DNA of 64,000 bases from Spirulina sp. (GCA_044070495.1 JBIPSI010000007.1:114499-178498), one strand, 5' to 3'. Shown: positions 38,339-49,814, counted from the stretch's first letter. The notes: generated by a model from the sequence alone, not told the origin. Numbers and translations are program-made.

Positions 38339-39442
38339 CTAGGACAGGGCTAGGGCTTCAGTGGCTAGGGTTCTGGCGTTCTCTGGTTCGAGGTCAGGAT
38401 CAAAGTCCATGGCACCGTTGCCAACCTGGAGCATATCCGTCAGCAGGGCGCTGGGGGGATGGTGGTGAGGCCAGGCAAAGGCATGGCGGAAGGAGGCTTC
38501 TTGGCAGGCCTGGAGGGCATCAAAGCCGATTACATCGTGGGTGAGCAGGTTTTCGTACTCAAAGGGTAGGCGGACGTTGTGCAGTCCGGCGTTGTCGGTG
38601 CAGATGGCGATGTCTACCCCGGCCTCGAAGCAGCGGTCAAACACGGTGCGGAGTTGGTGAATGCTCTCCAATGTCCCCGTTTTCAGGTAGGTGGTGGGGC
38701 ACACCTCTAGGCATTGCCCCCGCGCCGCCAGTTCCGGCAAGAGTTCGGGATGGTGCAGGGGGATTTGAATGCCGTGGCCGATGCGCATTAGGTAGGGCAG
38801 CAGTTGGGGGTGGCATCCAGCGGAGGTTTCGTAGAGGTGTCCGGTGGTCTTGAGGCCCAACTGTTGGGCACGTTGATAGAGCTGAATAAACTCCTCCATG
38901 CGCTCCACGTACTGGGCATCGCCCCCGGCCACATCCACCGCACAGACGTATTCGGGATACTGGGCCGCCAGTTCCACAATCGCCCGATTCACCTCCGGAG
39001 GCAGGTTGGAGTGCATGCAGAGAATCTGCCGAGTCACGATGGGATATTCCACCTGCTGGCTGGCGCGGCCCACAATTTCAATCACGTTGGCCATGGCCTC
39101 GATGCGCTGGTTTTGGGGCAGATGTTCTGGGGTGCGCAGGTAGGGGGTATAGCGCAGTTCTAAGTAGGCCAGATTTTCAAAGATGTAGGCTCCCCGAATC
39201 AGGCGATAGATGAAGTAGGGCAGGGCTTCCTGGGTTTGCACACTTTCCACCAGGGTGTGCAGTTCTAGGTATTCCGCCAGGGTGTTGCGGGGCTGGGTAT
39301 AGAACTGTTCAAAGGCGGCGTAGTCGGCAAACTGGCTGGATAGATCGGGCCGATTGCGCTGAAAGTAGCGCCAGAGGATACGGGGCACCACGGATCCGCC
39401 TAGGTGGCGGTGCAGTTCGGCATAGAGACTCATGGGAGGCAA
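38339..39442 (-). CDS. adenosine deaminase family protein
   Basis: ELHRHLGGS, YLELRY, GHLYE, RIGHG, TDN. Confidence 0.88.
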   Translation of the reverse strand: MPPMSLYAELHRHLGGSVVPRILWRYFQRNRPDLSSQFADYAAFEQFYTQPRNTLAEYLELHTLVESVQTQEALPYFIYRLIRGAYIFENLAYLELRYTPYLRTPEHLPQNQRIEAMANVIEIVGRASQQVEYPIVTRQILCMHSNLPPEVNRAIVELAAQYPEYVCAVDVAGGDAQYVERMEEFIQLYQRAQQLGLKTTGHLYETSAGCHPQLLPYLMRIGHGIQIPLHHPELLPELAARGQCLEVCPTTYLKTGTLESIHQLRTVFDRCFEAGVDIAICTDNAGLHNVRLPFEYENLLTHDVIGFDALQACQEASFRHAFAWPHHHPPSALLTDMLQVGNGAMDFDPDLEPENARTLATEALALS

Positions 39443-39803
39443 TCCTTAATTTAATGGAAAAAACAAAATGGTGAAAATCACGGGTAGATAAAACAAAGTC
39501 ATCAGGTGTGCCAAAACACCCTGACAACGGAAACAGCCATTCAGTGAAGATCGCTTTCGTGACGCAAGGCCTAGAACCGGGCTCCGATCAATGCCGCTTA
39601 GCCCATGCCGTCCACTGAAATCCCTCAACCAAGGGAATCCTATATAGGACGAAATCAGAATGCTCTCCATCTACCGAAGCTAGGACATCCCAGACCTCGG
39701 TGGGCATCGATCAGCACAACACCTTGTATGTAACGAAAAACGTTAGGAAAATTATGGTTCTATCTGTTCTATCGCAAATTTCACAGATTGGCCATATATT
39801 CCA

Positions 39804-40931
39804 CTATTCCAACGACAAATCTTTCAACACCTGGGTCTCCAACGATGATTCCAAGCCTGAAAGATAGGCCACCACGGCCTCGGCAATTTGGCGATTGCCC
39901 TCGGTGGATAGGACGCCTTCCTGGCGAGGTGGGTGGAGGGGTTCTGTTAAAAAGGCCCAGTCCCCTCGGAAAAATTCGTCTGGGATTAAGACCTGATGCC
40001 AGCTATGGTCTTGCAGGCCGTTGACCAACACTGGCCCCTCGGCAAAGTCGTCGCGGGTGATGGTGATAACAGGCACGCCTAGGCGACAGGCTTCGGAGAA
40101 GGTGCTAAATCCCGGCTTCGAGACCATGCGGCCACAGAGGGGCATCACATCCACCGGGCGATATCCCTGGCGCGGTACCGGGCGCAGGTTCGGCAGCGGG
40201 GGGATCGCCTGGTCGAAGGTGAGAAACTGCCAGTCGGGGAAACGGCAAAGCTGGTCGTAGGGGATAGCCTGGAGGCCCAGGCCGCCAAAGGTAAGCAAGA
40301 CGGTTTGTTCTGGGGGCGTTTGGATGTCTAGTTGCTCCCGCAGTTCCGCCACCGAGTAGCGGGGGTTGCCCCCGGTCAATCCGGCATCCTCAGTCCTTGG
40401 GAAGGCCCCCATAGATTCGTGGAAGGGCAGGCGAAAGAGGCGATCACACTGGCTAAAGCAGGACTCAATCCAGGCGACGGCGTCGGCAAACTCGTCCCCA
40501 AAGGCGCGGTAGATAAAATCCCAGCCAAAGTTACTCATCATCCAGCAGGGCACCCCCGCCGCGTGGGCCAGGGGCACCGCCAGGGGCGGAATATCCGCCA
40601 GCACCAAATCGACCCCTCGCTGCTTTAGGTAGGTGGACTCTTCGGCCACGATGCCCTGTTCTTGGGCACGAATGTGATCGAGTTTGGCCAGGGTAGCGGG
40701 CAAATCCATGGTCAAACTATCCGCCTGAATCACGCCAATATCCAGCGCCACCGGACGATACTCGTACTCCACGGGCAAATACTCATCCAGCAACCACTTG
40801 GGAGCCGTGGTCGCCAGAATCAGGTCAACCTCCGGGGCCAACATCTTTACCGTGGCCGCCACCGACGACGCCCGTGTGGCATGGCCGAAGCCGTGGTTAG
40901 TAATTGCAACGTAGAGGGTGGGAGCCGCCAT
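39804..40931 (-). CDS. GT-B glycosyltransferase-like protein
   Basis: HGFGHATR, SNFGWD, SKPGFSTFSE. Confidence 0.8.
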   Translation of the reverse strand: MAAPTLYVAITNHGFGHATRASSVAATVKMLAPEVDLILATTAPKWLLDEYLPVEYEYRPVALDIGVIQADSLTMDLPATLAKLDHIRAQEQGIVAEESTYLKQRGVDLVLADIPPLAVPLAHAAGVPCWMMSNFGWDFIYRAFGDEFADAVAWIESCFSQCDRLFRLPFHESMGAFPRTEDAGLTGGNPRYSVAELREQLDIQTPPEQTVLLTFGGLGLQAIPYDQLCRFPDWQFLTFDQAIPPLPNLRPVPRQGYRPVDVMPLCGRMVSKPGFSTFSEACRLGVPVITITRDDFAEGPVLVNGLQDHSWHQVLIPDEFFRGDWAFLTEPLHPPRQEGVLSTEGNRQIAEAVVAYLSGLESSLETQVLKDLSLE

Positions 40932-41046
40932 GGGGAATCTCGCTAAAACACGGGATAGGGTGGAGACGAAACTGCGTCATGGCTCTATGGCTTGCCCCCT
41001 GGTGTCCATGGAGGTTTGGCGAGGTCATGACGCTGGATGATTCGGA

Positions 41047-42021
41047 TTATTCAGGGTCGATCTGAACCTGAACAAGACCAGCCTCGGTGATGGGCTGCTG
41101 CCAAATGCCAGTACTCGGGGCCAGGGAGATCAGGTCTTCGATATTTTGGCGCATGGTTTGGCAGATGGCATCGAGGGGCAGATCGTTGGGATCATTGCCA
41201 AAGGGATTTTCGATTTCAATGCCAATGGCCTCAATGCCAAACACCGCAAAGCTAATTAGCCCCACCAAAAAGGGGGTGCCCCAACCGACGGAATCCACCA
41301 TTTGAAAGGGCAGGGCCAAGCAATACAACATCAGCAGTTGTTTCAGATGGATGGAATAGGCTAGGGGGATCGGGGTTTTGAGAATACGCTCACAGCCGCC
41401 CAGGGTATCGACCAGACCATCGAGGGCCTTGAGGCAGGCCGCGAGTTGGTAGGGATGGAGCTTGTGCTGAGCCTGTTGAGTCTGGAGATAATCGGCAATC
41501 CAAAAGGCAATTTCCAGGGGCGGATTGTTCATGGTCTGGAGTTTTGCGAACTGTTTATCGGAGATCAGTCCGGTTAATTCAGAATTGGGATGTTCGCCGC
41601 GCAGATGCAGTTTTAGGGCAATGGCAAAGGCAGGCAAGAGGCGAATGGCGGTGATCTTAGCCTCGTGGTCGGCGGGGTATTTTTCTTGAATGGCCACCCA
41701 CATTTGGCGAGCTAGGTTGCGGGTGAGGTTCACCACATTGCCCCACAGCTTGCGCCCCTCCCAAAACCGCTCGTAGGAGGTGTTGGTGCGAAACACCAGC
41801 AGCAAACCCAACACCAGACTGGGCACTAGGGAACCCAAAATCGGCGACGATACCGTCCAGCCCCGCCGATGCAGCAGATAGATCAAGAAGGCAAATAACC
41901 CACACAACAAGGTGCGCGGCAGCACCGCCGGAATCACCGACCCCTGTACGCTAAACAAATCCCGAAACCAGGGACGTTCATGGCAGTGCGGCCCACGGCC
42001 CCTAGAAAAAAGCTTGATCAC
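41047..42021 (-). CDS. bestrophin family channel
   Basis: FRTNTSYERFWEGRKLWG, ERILKTPIP, ENPFG. Confidence 0.93.
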   Translation of the reverse strand: MIKLFSRGRGPHCHERPWFRDLFSVQGSVIPAVLPRTLLCGLFAFLIYLLHRRGWTVSSPILGSLVPSLVLGLLLVFRTNTSYERFWEGRKLWGNVVNLTRNLARQMWVAIQEKYPADHEAKITAIRLLPAFAIALKLHLRGEHPNSELTGLISDKQFAKLQTMNNPPLEIAFWIADYLQTQQAQHKLHPYQLAACLKALDGLVDTLGGCERILKTPIPLAYSIHLKQLLMLYCLALPFQMVDSVGWGTPFLVGLISFAVFGIEAIGIEIENPFGNDPNDLPLDAICQTMRQNIEDLISLAPSTGIWQQPITEAGLVQVQIDPE

Positions 42022-42284
42022 CTACGGTTCCCCGCGCGTTTTGGTTCAACCTGGGGTCAGCGGACGACGCCTCAGGCCATTGCTCTGTCTAGTCTAAGGC
42101 GGCACCTCAATCAACGGCAGTAAACAAACGGCCAGCCCTATCCTTATTCCTATCCTGATTTAGGGCGACCACCCAGCCGAGGATGTCCTAGGTTCTGCAA
42201 AACTCAACAAAACCCTAAGCCTGCTTGGGCAGGTAAGGCAAACCAGCTTAAGATTGAAGGGCAAATTTTGAAGGCATCCCGTAG

Positions 42285-43334
42285 TTGACTGCGCCTGTGG
42301 TTTCCCCTGTGGTTCCTCCCAAACCCTCTCACTCTTCGGCGGCGATGGCTCCGTTGCGCCCTAGGGCTCGCCTCGCCCAAGGGTTGCTGTCGCCCCAGCG
42401 GGCCTACCTGTGGGGGCTGGGCCTAGGCAGCTTTGCCCTAGGCTTGGTGAATGGAGCGCTGGTGATTTCCACGGGCATTGGGGTGCTGGCCTATCGGCAA
42501 CTGGCGCAGTTGTCCCCGGATCAGCAGCAAGCCCTGCGGCGACGGATTCAGGCGGCGGTGCCCTTGCCCCGTTCTCTGGGTCAGCAGGCCCTTGTGCTCA
42601 GCCTCATGCTGGGGGCTAGCACCTACACCGTCACGGCCCTCTGGCAAAGCACCCACTCTCTGCTGATGGCCCTTGTGCTCACCGGGCAAACGGCCTTGAC
42701 CTTTTTTGTGGTGGTGGCCCTGCTGCGCTCCCCCGCCGACAAAGCCACCGATCCCCATCCCACCAAACGGGCCGATGGTGTTCTGGGGGCGACAAATCCT
42801 ACCAACTCAGCCATGGGCGGACTCACCACCGGCCAAACCCTAGAGGTGCCCGTTGTCCCCGCCCCCGCCCCAAACCCACCGCGCATCCCTACGGAGGCCG
42901 AGCGTTTTGATCAAGCCCTGGCCCACCTCACCCAGGCCGATCCCCTCCAGCGGTTGATTGCTGTACGCCAACTGGTGCGTCTCGTCCACCAGGCCCCCGT
43001 GGAAACGGCCTATATTGCTGAGGCGCAGGTATCCATGCAGTCCCATCTAATCGACTGTTTCCACATCCTGCTGGCCCACGAACCGGAACCCATCGTGCGT
43101 TCCGCCGTCCGGGAAGGCTTAGCGATCCTCCGCCAGCCGCCGCCCCAGGAGAATGCCCTGCCCGCTGGATCCAAACCCCTGCCCGATTTGGCCCTACCCG
43201 AACCCGATCCCTGGGCCGATCCGCTGCCCACCCCCGCCCGTGAGACTACTCCCTCGCCCGCTGCCGTGGCCACGGATCCACCACCCCGATCCTCGCCACG
43301 GCGCACCGTTGACTATATTGAACTAGAGATTTGA
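42285..43334 (+). CDS. membrane protein with HEAT-like C-terminus
   Basis: TM helices; DPLQRLIAVRQL, EPEPIVRSAV. Confidence 0.65.
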   Translation: MTAPVVSPVVPPKPSHSSAAMAPLRPRARLAQGLLSPQRAYLWGLGLGSFALGLVNGALVISTGIGVLAYRQLAQLSPDQQQALRRRIQAAVPLPRSLGQQALVLSLMLGASTYTVTALWQSTHSLLMALVLTGQTALTFFVVVALLRSPADKATDPHPTKRADGVLGATNPTNSAMGGLTTGQTLEVPVVPAPAPNPPRIPTEAERFDQALAHLTQADPLQRLIAVRQLVRLVHQAPVETAYIAEAQVSMQSHLIDCFHILLAHEPEPIVRSAVREGLAILRQPPPQENALPAGSKPLPDLALPEPDPWADPLPTPARETTPSPAAVATDPPPRSSPRRTVDYIELEI

Positions 43335-43343
43335 GGCTTTCCT

Positions 43344-44066
43344 ATGGATCGGTTTACCGTTGAGGTGATTTCCCAAACCGCTAACCCTCAGCAGACCATG
43401 TATGCCGCGATGCATCAGGACTATGCCGAGGGGTTTGTGGCCCACGAACGGGACAAATGGCCCAGCGAAGAGCGCTGCGGCGACATTCTCGTCACCAACC
43501 TGCTCAAGGGTGGACGCGGCCATTACGGCCCCCTCGAACACCCCCAAATTGTCTTTAACGTCGGCTGGTTTCCCCACAGCACCATGCAGCAAATCAGGAC
43601 TCATCGCGTGGGCGTGAGCTTTGATGTGCAGAGTTTCCGCTATACCGGACAACGCATTTTAGATGTGGTAGACGGCAAGCGCGATGTGGAAGAAGTTTTC
43701 TATCTGCGGCCCCTAGGGTTTTATAGCGACCGTCAGGGTAAAAAGTACGAATACACTGCCGAGGCCCGCCAGCAGGATATGGAATGGTGTTTAGAGGCCA
43801 GTCGTCGCTATAAGCAACGCATTGAACAGGGCTTTGCGGAGGAACATGCGCGGGGGCTCATTCCCTTTGATATTCGTCAACATTGGGTGATGTCGGCCAA
43901 TGTGCGTTCGGTGATGCACCTGTTGGATTTGCGCTGGAAAGCCGATGCCCAGCTAGAGGCCCAAAAGCTGTGTGAGGAAATTTGGCCCCATTTCCAGGCT
44001 TGGGTTCCGGCCATTGCGGCCTGGTACGAAGAAAACCGTCTGAAAAAGGCTAGGTTATCGCCCTAG
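43344..44066 (+). CDS. thyX: FAD-dependent thymidylate synthase
   Basis: GHYGPLEH, RTHR...QSFRY signature, NVRS..H.LDLR. Confidence 0.95.
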   Translation: MDRFTVEVISQTANPQQTMYAAMHQDYAEGFVAHERDKWPSEERCGDILVTNLLKGGRGHYGPLEHPQIVFNVGWFPHSTMQQIRTHRVGVSFDVQSFRYTGQRILDVVDGKRDVEEVFYLRPLGFYSDRQGKKYEYTAEARQQDMEWCLEASRRYKQRIEQGFAEEHARGLIPFDIRQHWVMSANVRSVMHLLDLRWKADAQLEAQKLCEEIWPHFQAWVPAIAAWYEENRLKKARLSP

Positions 44067-44068
44067 GG

Positions 44069-46456
44069 CTAGGTTGTGGATATCGGGGCAGTTGCTAGGG
44101 GGCAAGATGGGTGCAGCCAGGCTTCTGCTTCCTCTGCCGGGAGAGGTTTGGCAAACCAATAGCCCTGGCCGTACTGGCAGCGGAGTTGTTTGAGGTAGTC
44201 CACATGGGCTTGGGTTTCCACTCCTTCGGCCACCACATCGAGCTTAAGGCTGGTGGCCATGGCGATAATGGCTCCCACAATTTGGCTGCTCTCAGGCCGC
44301 CGGTGCAGGTTCATGATGAAGGAACGGTCGATTTTGAGCGTCCGCATCGGGTACTGATGAATGTAGCTGAGGGAGGAATAGCCGGTACCAAAATCGTCAA
44401 GGCTGAGGCCAAACCCCAGTTGGCTAAGGGTTTGCAGGGTGCGGTGGGTGATGTCGCTCTTGTCCATCAGGGCCGACTCGGTTACCTCTAGTTTGATCTG
44501 GTGGGGCTGGAGACCATTGGCCTGGATCGTCTGGGTCACCTGATCGACTAGGTCGGGGCGGGTGAAGTGGCGGGTGGATAGATTGAGACTCAGAAAAATC
44601 GGCGGCATCCGGGGGATACCACGTTGCCACTGGGCCAGTTGTTGGCAGGCGATGGCCATCACCTGGTCATCGATGGCGAGGATAAGGCCCATCTCTTCAG
44701 CCACCGGGATAAAGTAATCCGGCGGAACGAGCCCTTTGGTGGGGTGTTGCCAGCGTACCAGCACCTCAAACCCCGCCAGGGTCATGGTGTCTAGGTGAAT
44801 AATGGGCTGATAGTAGACGACGAGTTCATGGCGGCTACAGGCATTGCGGAGATCCGTTTCCAGTTCCAGGCGCTCAATGGCTCGCTGCTGCATACTGGTG
44901 TCGTAGAGGGCAAACTGGGATCGGCCTTGCTGCTTGGCGCGATACATGGCAATTTCCGCATCCCGCAGCATGTCCTGGGCTTGGTAGTAGAGCACCATCG
45001 ACCCCTGCCCTTGCAGGGTAATGCCAAGGCTAACCGATACCGTTAGGCTATGATCCCCCAGGACAAAGGGGTGCTGCATAGTACGACAAATGGCATCCGC
45101 CAGTTGGGTAATGTCTACCAGCCGCGTGACGCCATTCACCTGCACCGCAAACTCATCCCCGCCCAACCGCGCCACAAAGTCCTCAGAACGGAGGCAAGTG
45201 CGTAGGCGAGTGGCGACCTCAATCAGCAGTTGGTCGCCAACGCCATGCCCCATGCAGTCGTTGATTTGCTTAAAGTTGTCGATATCGATCATCAGCACCG
45301 CCAGGGCAGGATAGGATCCCGTCGCGGCGGTTTGTAGGGATCGATCCAGATGGCTGAAAAAGAGTGCTCGGTTGGGTAGCCCTGTCAGCGTATCGTGGGA
45401 GGTGCGGTAGGCCAGTTGGGCCTCGGTGGTCTTGAGGTCGGTGATATCCATCAACACCCCGTCCAGGCAACGCCGCTGGTTGTCCCGACTCACCTGCCCC
45501 TGATCGAGCACCCAGCGGTATTGCCCGTCCTTGGATAGACAGCGATATTCGAGACGGAACGGCACCTGACGCGCCACCGCATCGGCCATGTCTCGCCGCA
45601 CCCGATGACGATCCTCAGGGTGAATCAGGTCGTCGCGCCCTAGGGCGGCAGGGCCAACCAAATCCGAGGCCGAAAACCCCAAAATATCAACAATGCCGTC
45701 ACTAATAAATGTCATCACCCACGGGGAGGCATTGGGATCCGCCATCACTGGCTGTTGTCGCATACGGTACACAGCCCCCGGTAAGTTACTGACGAGGGTG
45801 CGGTATCGGTCTTCCCGCGCGGCTAGGGCAATTTCCGTCTGTTTTCGCTGCGTAATGTCTTCTAGGGTGGCCAGGGTGAGGTCGATAGCCCCCCCGTGGG
45901 CCGTCGGGATAGCCGCCACGGAGCACGGGGGTGTCTGCAACGGGGTAAGGGATAGGTTGACCCACACCCGATGGCCCAGCTTAGACCGGCAGCTGCGCTC
46001 TAGGGATATCCCCAGGCCCATGGCGCAGGGATCCGGCAGGGCTGGAACGTTCTTCAGCTTCAGGCTATCCTCGCCGGTGAGCGGATCCGTTGGCGGGAGG
46101 TTGGCATCGGGCAGGAGAATTAAATCGTGCAGCGTGAGTTGAGTCAGTTCCTGGGTTGTATAGCCCAACATTTGGCCCAGGGCTGGATTTGCGACCACAA
46201 GGCGGCAGGTGGCGGTATCCACCACAGCCATTCCCACCGGACTGGTGACAAAAATTTGCTGCAAGAGGTGGGACTGGCTATCCAGGGCGGTCTGTCCGCC
46301 GTCCTCCTCGTGGCCGGGGCTATTTCCCGGCATCTGGCTGAGACTAAGCTCGGCAGCAAGCCACTGCTGTACCAGGCGCGACAACACTTGGTCAGCGACA
46401 GCGATAGGCGAGGGCTTAGCCATGGGTCTTGGGTGAGTCTCCACGGAGGAATACAT
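44069..46456 (-). CDS. PAS-PAS-GGDEF-EAL c-di-GMP enzyme
   Basis: HDTLTGLPNR, GGDEF, EVLVRW, DDFGTGYSS, AEGVE. Confidence 0.93.
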   Translation of the reverse strand: MYSSVETHPRPMAKPSPIAVADQVLSRLVQQWLAAELSLSQMPGNSPGHEEDGGQTALDSQSHLLQQIFVTSPVGMAVVDTATCRLVVANPALGQMLGYTTQELTQLTLHDLILLPDANLPPTDPLTGEDSLKLKNVPALPDPCAMGLGISLERSCRSKLGHRVWVNLSLTPLQTPPCSVAAIPTAHGGAIDLTLATLEDITQRKQTEIALAAREDRYRTLVSNLPGAVYRMRQQPVMADPNASPWVMTFISDGIVDILGFSASDLVGPAALGRDDLIHPEDRHRVRRDMADAVARQVPFRLEYRCLSKDGQYRWVLDQGQVSRDNQRRCLDGVLMDITDLKTTEAQLAYRTSHDTLTGLPNRALFFSHLDRSLQTAATGSYPALAVLMIDIDNFKQINDCMGHGVGDQLLIEVATRLRTCLRSEDFVARLGGDEFAVQVNGVTRLVDITQLADAICRTMQHPFVLGDHSLTVSVSLGITLQGQGSMVLYYQAQDMLRDAEIAMYRAKQQGRSQFALYDTSMQQRAIERLELETDLRNACSRHELVVYYQPIIHLDTMTLAGFEVLVRWQHPTKGLVPPDYFIPVAEEMGLILAIDDQVMAIACQQLAQWQRGIPRMPPIFLSLNLSTRHFTRPDLVDQVTQTIQANGLQPHQIKLEVTESALMDKSDITHRTLQTLSQLGFGLSLDDFGTGYSSLSYIHQYPMRTLKIDRSFIMNLHRRPESSQIVGAIIAMATSLKLDVVAEGVETQAHVDYLKQLRCQYGQGYWFAKPLPAEEAEAWLHPSCPLATAPISTT

Positions 46457-46628
46457 CCATTGATTCGCACTAGGGCCGATGCCTAACCCAGCACAAGCAA
46501 CCTAGCAACCGAAAGTTACTCGTAAAGTACCCACTTATCGAACCGAATCTCACCTATCGCGATCACCAAGCCGGAAAGTTTAGATAACTATTGATACCCT
46601 GCAATATTCCGTTACTAATGCTGCCCAC

Positions 46629-48377
46629 CTATTGCAGTTCCACTTCGAGCTGGTGCTGATCCCACAGTTCTCGGTAAAGGCCACCCTGGGCCAGCAGTTC
46701 ACCGTGGGAACCCATCTGCACAATGCGCCCCTGATCCATGACAAAAATGCGGTTAGCGGTGGCGGCGGCGGACATTTGGTGAGAGATAAACAGCACGGTT
46801 TTTTGCTGGGTGCCCTCGGAAAGAGCGTTCAAAATGGCGGTGGCGGTGCGGTTATCCACGCTGGAGAGGGCATCGTCGAGCACCAAAATGGGAGCATCGA
46901 TCACCAGGGCGCGGGCTAGGGCGGTGCGCTGCCGTTGACCACCGGAGAGGGTAATGCCCCGTTCCCCGACGATGGTTTCGTACTGATGGGGGAAGTTCTG
47001 GATTTCGGCATCCATTTGGGCCTGTTTGGCGGCGTATTGCACCTCGCCAAAGTCGGTGAGGGGCACACCGTAGCGAATGTTGTTTTGAATGCTGGTGCTA
47101 AACAAAAAGCTGTCTTGGGGGACGTAGGCAATGGCCCGCCGCAGGTCTTGCAGGGGCACCTCTACCACGTCGCGGTTGTCAATTTTAAGGTGGCCCGGTT
47201 CCACCTCTAGCAGGCGGGGCAGGGCATTGGCTAGGGTAGATTTGCCGGAACCAATCGGCCCCACAATGGCAATCCGTTCCCCTGGATGGATAGAAAAGCT
47301 GACGTGATCCAGGGCCGGAGTATCGCTACCGGGGTAGGTGTAGCTGAGGTTGTGGGCCTCCAGCCGACCCTGCACCTCCGCCAGGGGCAATGACAATAGC
47401 GGCGGCTGATCCTGAATCTTGGGTTCCGCCTCCAAAATGGTCTCCACCCGATCAATGCTGACCTCGCCGCGCTGGTAGGCGGTGATGGTAAAGCCCAGCA
47501 GGGCGGTGGGAAACACTAGCCGCTCCACATACAGCAGCAGGGCCACAAAATCGCCCACGGTGATATCTCCGGTGGCAATCACCCTGGCTCCGGTGGCCAA
47601 AATCACCAGCAGGCTAATGCTGGCCAGCCCCCCCAGCAGCGGAAACAGGGTGGTGCGGGTTTTGGCCAGGGTGAGGTTGGCCCGCAGCAAATCCTGGTTG
47701 AGGCGATGGAAAGCCTGTCGTTCGTTATCTTCCTGGGCGTAGATTTTGATCAGAGCAATGCCGCTCATGTCCTCTTGAATCAGGTCGCTGAGGCGGGAGA
47801 GGCGCTCCTGCACCTCAAGCTGTTCCCGGCGCAGACGGTGGCTAAAGGCCTGCACCAACACCAGCATCAGCGGATACACAATTAGGGAAATTAACGTCAG
47901 CCGTACGCTAATGGACAGCATCACGGGCACCGTTAGGGCGTAGGCAAACACGGTGTTGGCGAGGCTGAGGATGGCAAAGCCCAAGAGGCGGCGAATGTTG
48001 TCTACGTCGCTGGTGGCGCGGCTGATTAGTTCTCCGGGCGTGTTGCGGCTAAAGTAGGCGGGTTCCATCCGCAGCAGATGATCAAAAATGCGCTGCTTTA
48101 GGTCAAACTCCACCTGGCGGCCCACCCCAAATAGGGTAATCCGCGACACCATGCGGATGCCCCACATCACCGAGGCCAGCACCAGCACCATGACGGCGTA
48201 GTACAGCACCCGGTCGTAGCTAAAGGTGACCTGCAATTCGTCAATGCCGTCACGAATCAGCAGCGGAATCCACACGCCGAGCAGGTTCACCAGGAACAAC
48301 GACCCCACCCCAATCGCCGCCTTTTTCCAGTGGGGGCCGAGGTATGTCCCTAATTTCTGTAGCTGTGATCGCGCCAT
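46629..48377 (-). CDS. ABC exporter (fused TMD-NBD, MdlA-like)
   Basis: GPIGSGKS, LSGGQRQR, LDDALSSVD. Confidence 0.93.
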   Translation of the reverse strand: MARSQLQKLGTYLGPHWKKAAIGVGSLFLVNLLGVWIPLLIRDGIDELQVTFSYDRVLYYAVMVLVLASVMWGIRMVSRITLFGVGRQVEFDLKQRIFDHLLRMEPAYFSRNTPGELISRATSDVDNIRRLLGFAILSLANTVFAYALTVPVMLSISVRLTLISLIVYPLMLVLVQAFSHRLRREQLEVQERLSRLSDLIQEDMSGIALIKIYAQEDNERQAFHRLNQDLLRANLTLAKTRTTLFPLLGGLASISLLVILATGARVIATGDITVGDFVALLLYVERLVFPTALLGFTITAYQRGEVSIDRVETILEAEPKIQDQPPLLSLPLAEVQGRLEAHNLSYTYPGSDTPALDHVSFSIHPGERIAIVGPIGSGKSTLANALPRLLEVEPGHLKIDNRDVVEVPLQDLRRAIAYVPQDSFLFSTSIQNNIRYGVPLTDFGEVQYAAKQAQMDAEIQNFPHQYETIVGERGITLSGGQRQRTALARALVIDAPILVLDDALSSVDNRTATAILNALSEGTQQKTVLFISHQMSAAATANRIFVMDQGRIVQMGSHGELLAQGGLYRELWDQHQLEVELQ

Positions 48378-48459
48378 AGCTGCCGCCTGAACTGCTTTCT
48401 TATCCTAGACGAATCCTCGAACGGAGGACGCTTGATCGATCCATCCTAACGCTCAGAAC

Positions 48460-49437
48460 CTAGGGCACCACGGTTTTTCCAGTTTGGGCGGCGGTTTCAA
48501 TGGCCTTGGCTACCCGCAGGCTATAGACGCTGGCTTCTGGGGTGATGTAGAGGGGAGTGCCCTGACAGAGATAGTCCAGCACAGCGCGGGTATCGGTGGC
48601 AAACAGCCCTCGACGGGAACCAATCTCCATGGGGGTTGCGCCCTCGGCGGTGATCGCTTGGCCCTCGTCGCCCTCCATCACGATCTGGCCTGCGGAACCG
48701 ATTACCTCCAGCCGCCGCTCCGATTGCCAAACGGCCTCCCCTTTGCCGTAGAGCAATTCCCCTTGAACCCCTGACTGAAAGGTTAGCTGAGCCGCACAAA
48801 GGGCGGTGCGGTAATGGGATTGGCCCTCGGCATTCTCGGCCCAACCGAGGTATTGATTTTGGCCAGACACCTGAGCCACGGGGCCGAAGGCATCCACTAG
48901 GCGATGGACGCGGGACAGGGCACCCACTAAGGGAAAGCCAAACAGATCCGGTGAGTAGGTCCACCGCTGGGGGGCCGGACGCTGGGGCGACAGGGTGACG
49001 TAGCGGGCATAGTGGGGGGTGCCAATCGCGGATAAGTTCGCCTTCAAAGCCTGATGACTGCCCCCAAGAAGCTCGATGTGCTCGACATGGAGGAGGCGTT
49101 GTTGCCGTCGGGCCAGATCCACTAAAGCCTGGGCCTCTTGCCAATCTAGCGTCAGGGGATATTCCACCACCCCATGGCGTCCGGCCTCTAGGGCGGCCCG
49201 CACCACCGCCCCATGGTCGCGGTTGACGTGGCACACCACAATTAAATCGAGATCCGGCCAGGTCACCAAGTCCCTCCAGTCGGCCACCGCCTTGGCTCCG
49301 TGGGCTTGGGCAAAGGCTTGGGTTTCCTCCTGCCCATGGCCTGCCACCGCCACCAGTCGCCCCCGACCATCCGCCGCCAGGGCCGCCGCCCGCAATCGGG
49401 CCACAAAGCCCGTCCCCACCATGCCAACCTGAATCAT
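48460..49437 (-). CDS. bvdR: biliverdin reductase (Gfo/Idh/MocA family)
   Basis: VGTGFVA.LR, VEYP, HVEHIELLGG, GALSR. Confidence 0.8.
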   Translation of the reverse strand: MIQVGMVGTGFVARLRAAALAADGRGRLVAVAGHGQEETQAFAQAHGAKAVADWRDLVTWPDLDLIVVCHVNRDHGAVVRAALEAGRHGVVEYPLTLDWQEAQALVDLARRQQRLLHVEHIELLGGSHQALKANLSAIGTPHYARYVTLSPQRPAPQRWTYSPDLFGFPLVGALSRVHRLVDAFGPVAQVSGQNQYLGWAENAEGQSHYRTALCAAQLTFQSGVQGELLYGKGEAVWQSERRLEVIGSAGQIVMEGDEGQAITAEGATPMEIGSRRGLFATDTRAVLDYLCQGTPLYITPEASVYSLRVAKAIETAAQTGKTVVP

Positions 49438-49814
49438 GGGTCAATTATAAGTAATCAATATCACTCGCACCGGCACCGGGCAGGAAGACCAATCAGGCTT
49501 AACCAACCTGGATGGTGATTTCTGGGGGCCATCTGGGTTCTCTAAGGAAAGGATAGTCGTCCAAGGATCACTATCCTTGGTGGCAAAGCCATGACCATTC
49601 TTGGAGCAAAACTACAAAACGGGACAGTTTCTGAAATCAGATCAGGGATTTCCTGACCAGGTTTACCAAGTTTTCACAGTGGCTTCCCCATTTCTCACAG
49701 AACCATATTTCCCTGGGGATGGGTGCTATCCCCCCTCTCCGAAACGGGGAATAATTAAGTTAAGGTGGCACTATCCGCCTGCATTGACCCCCGATACTAT
49801 CTCTACTGGGTCGA

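Noticed and set aside
48521..49444. 307-aa alternate-frame ORF over bvdR
   Set aside because: Gly/Arg/Pro-rich frame typical of GC-rich coding DNA.
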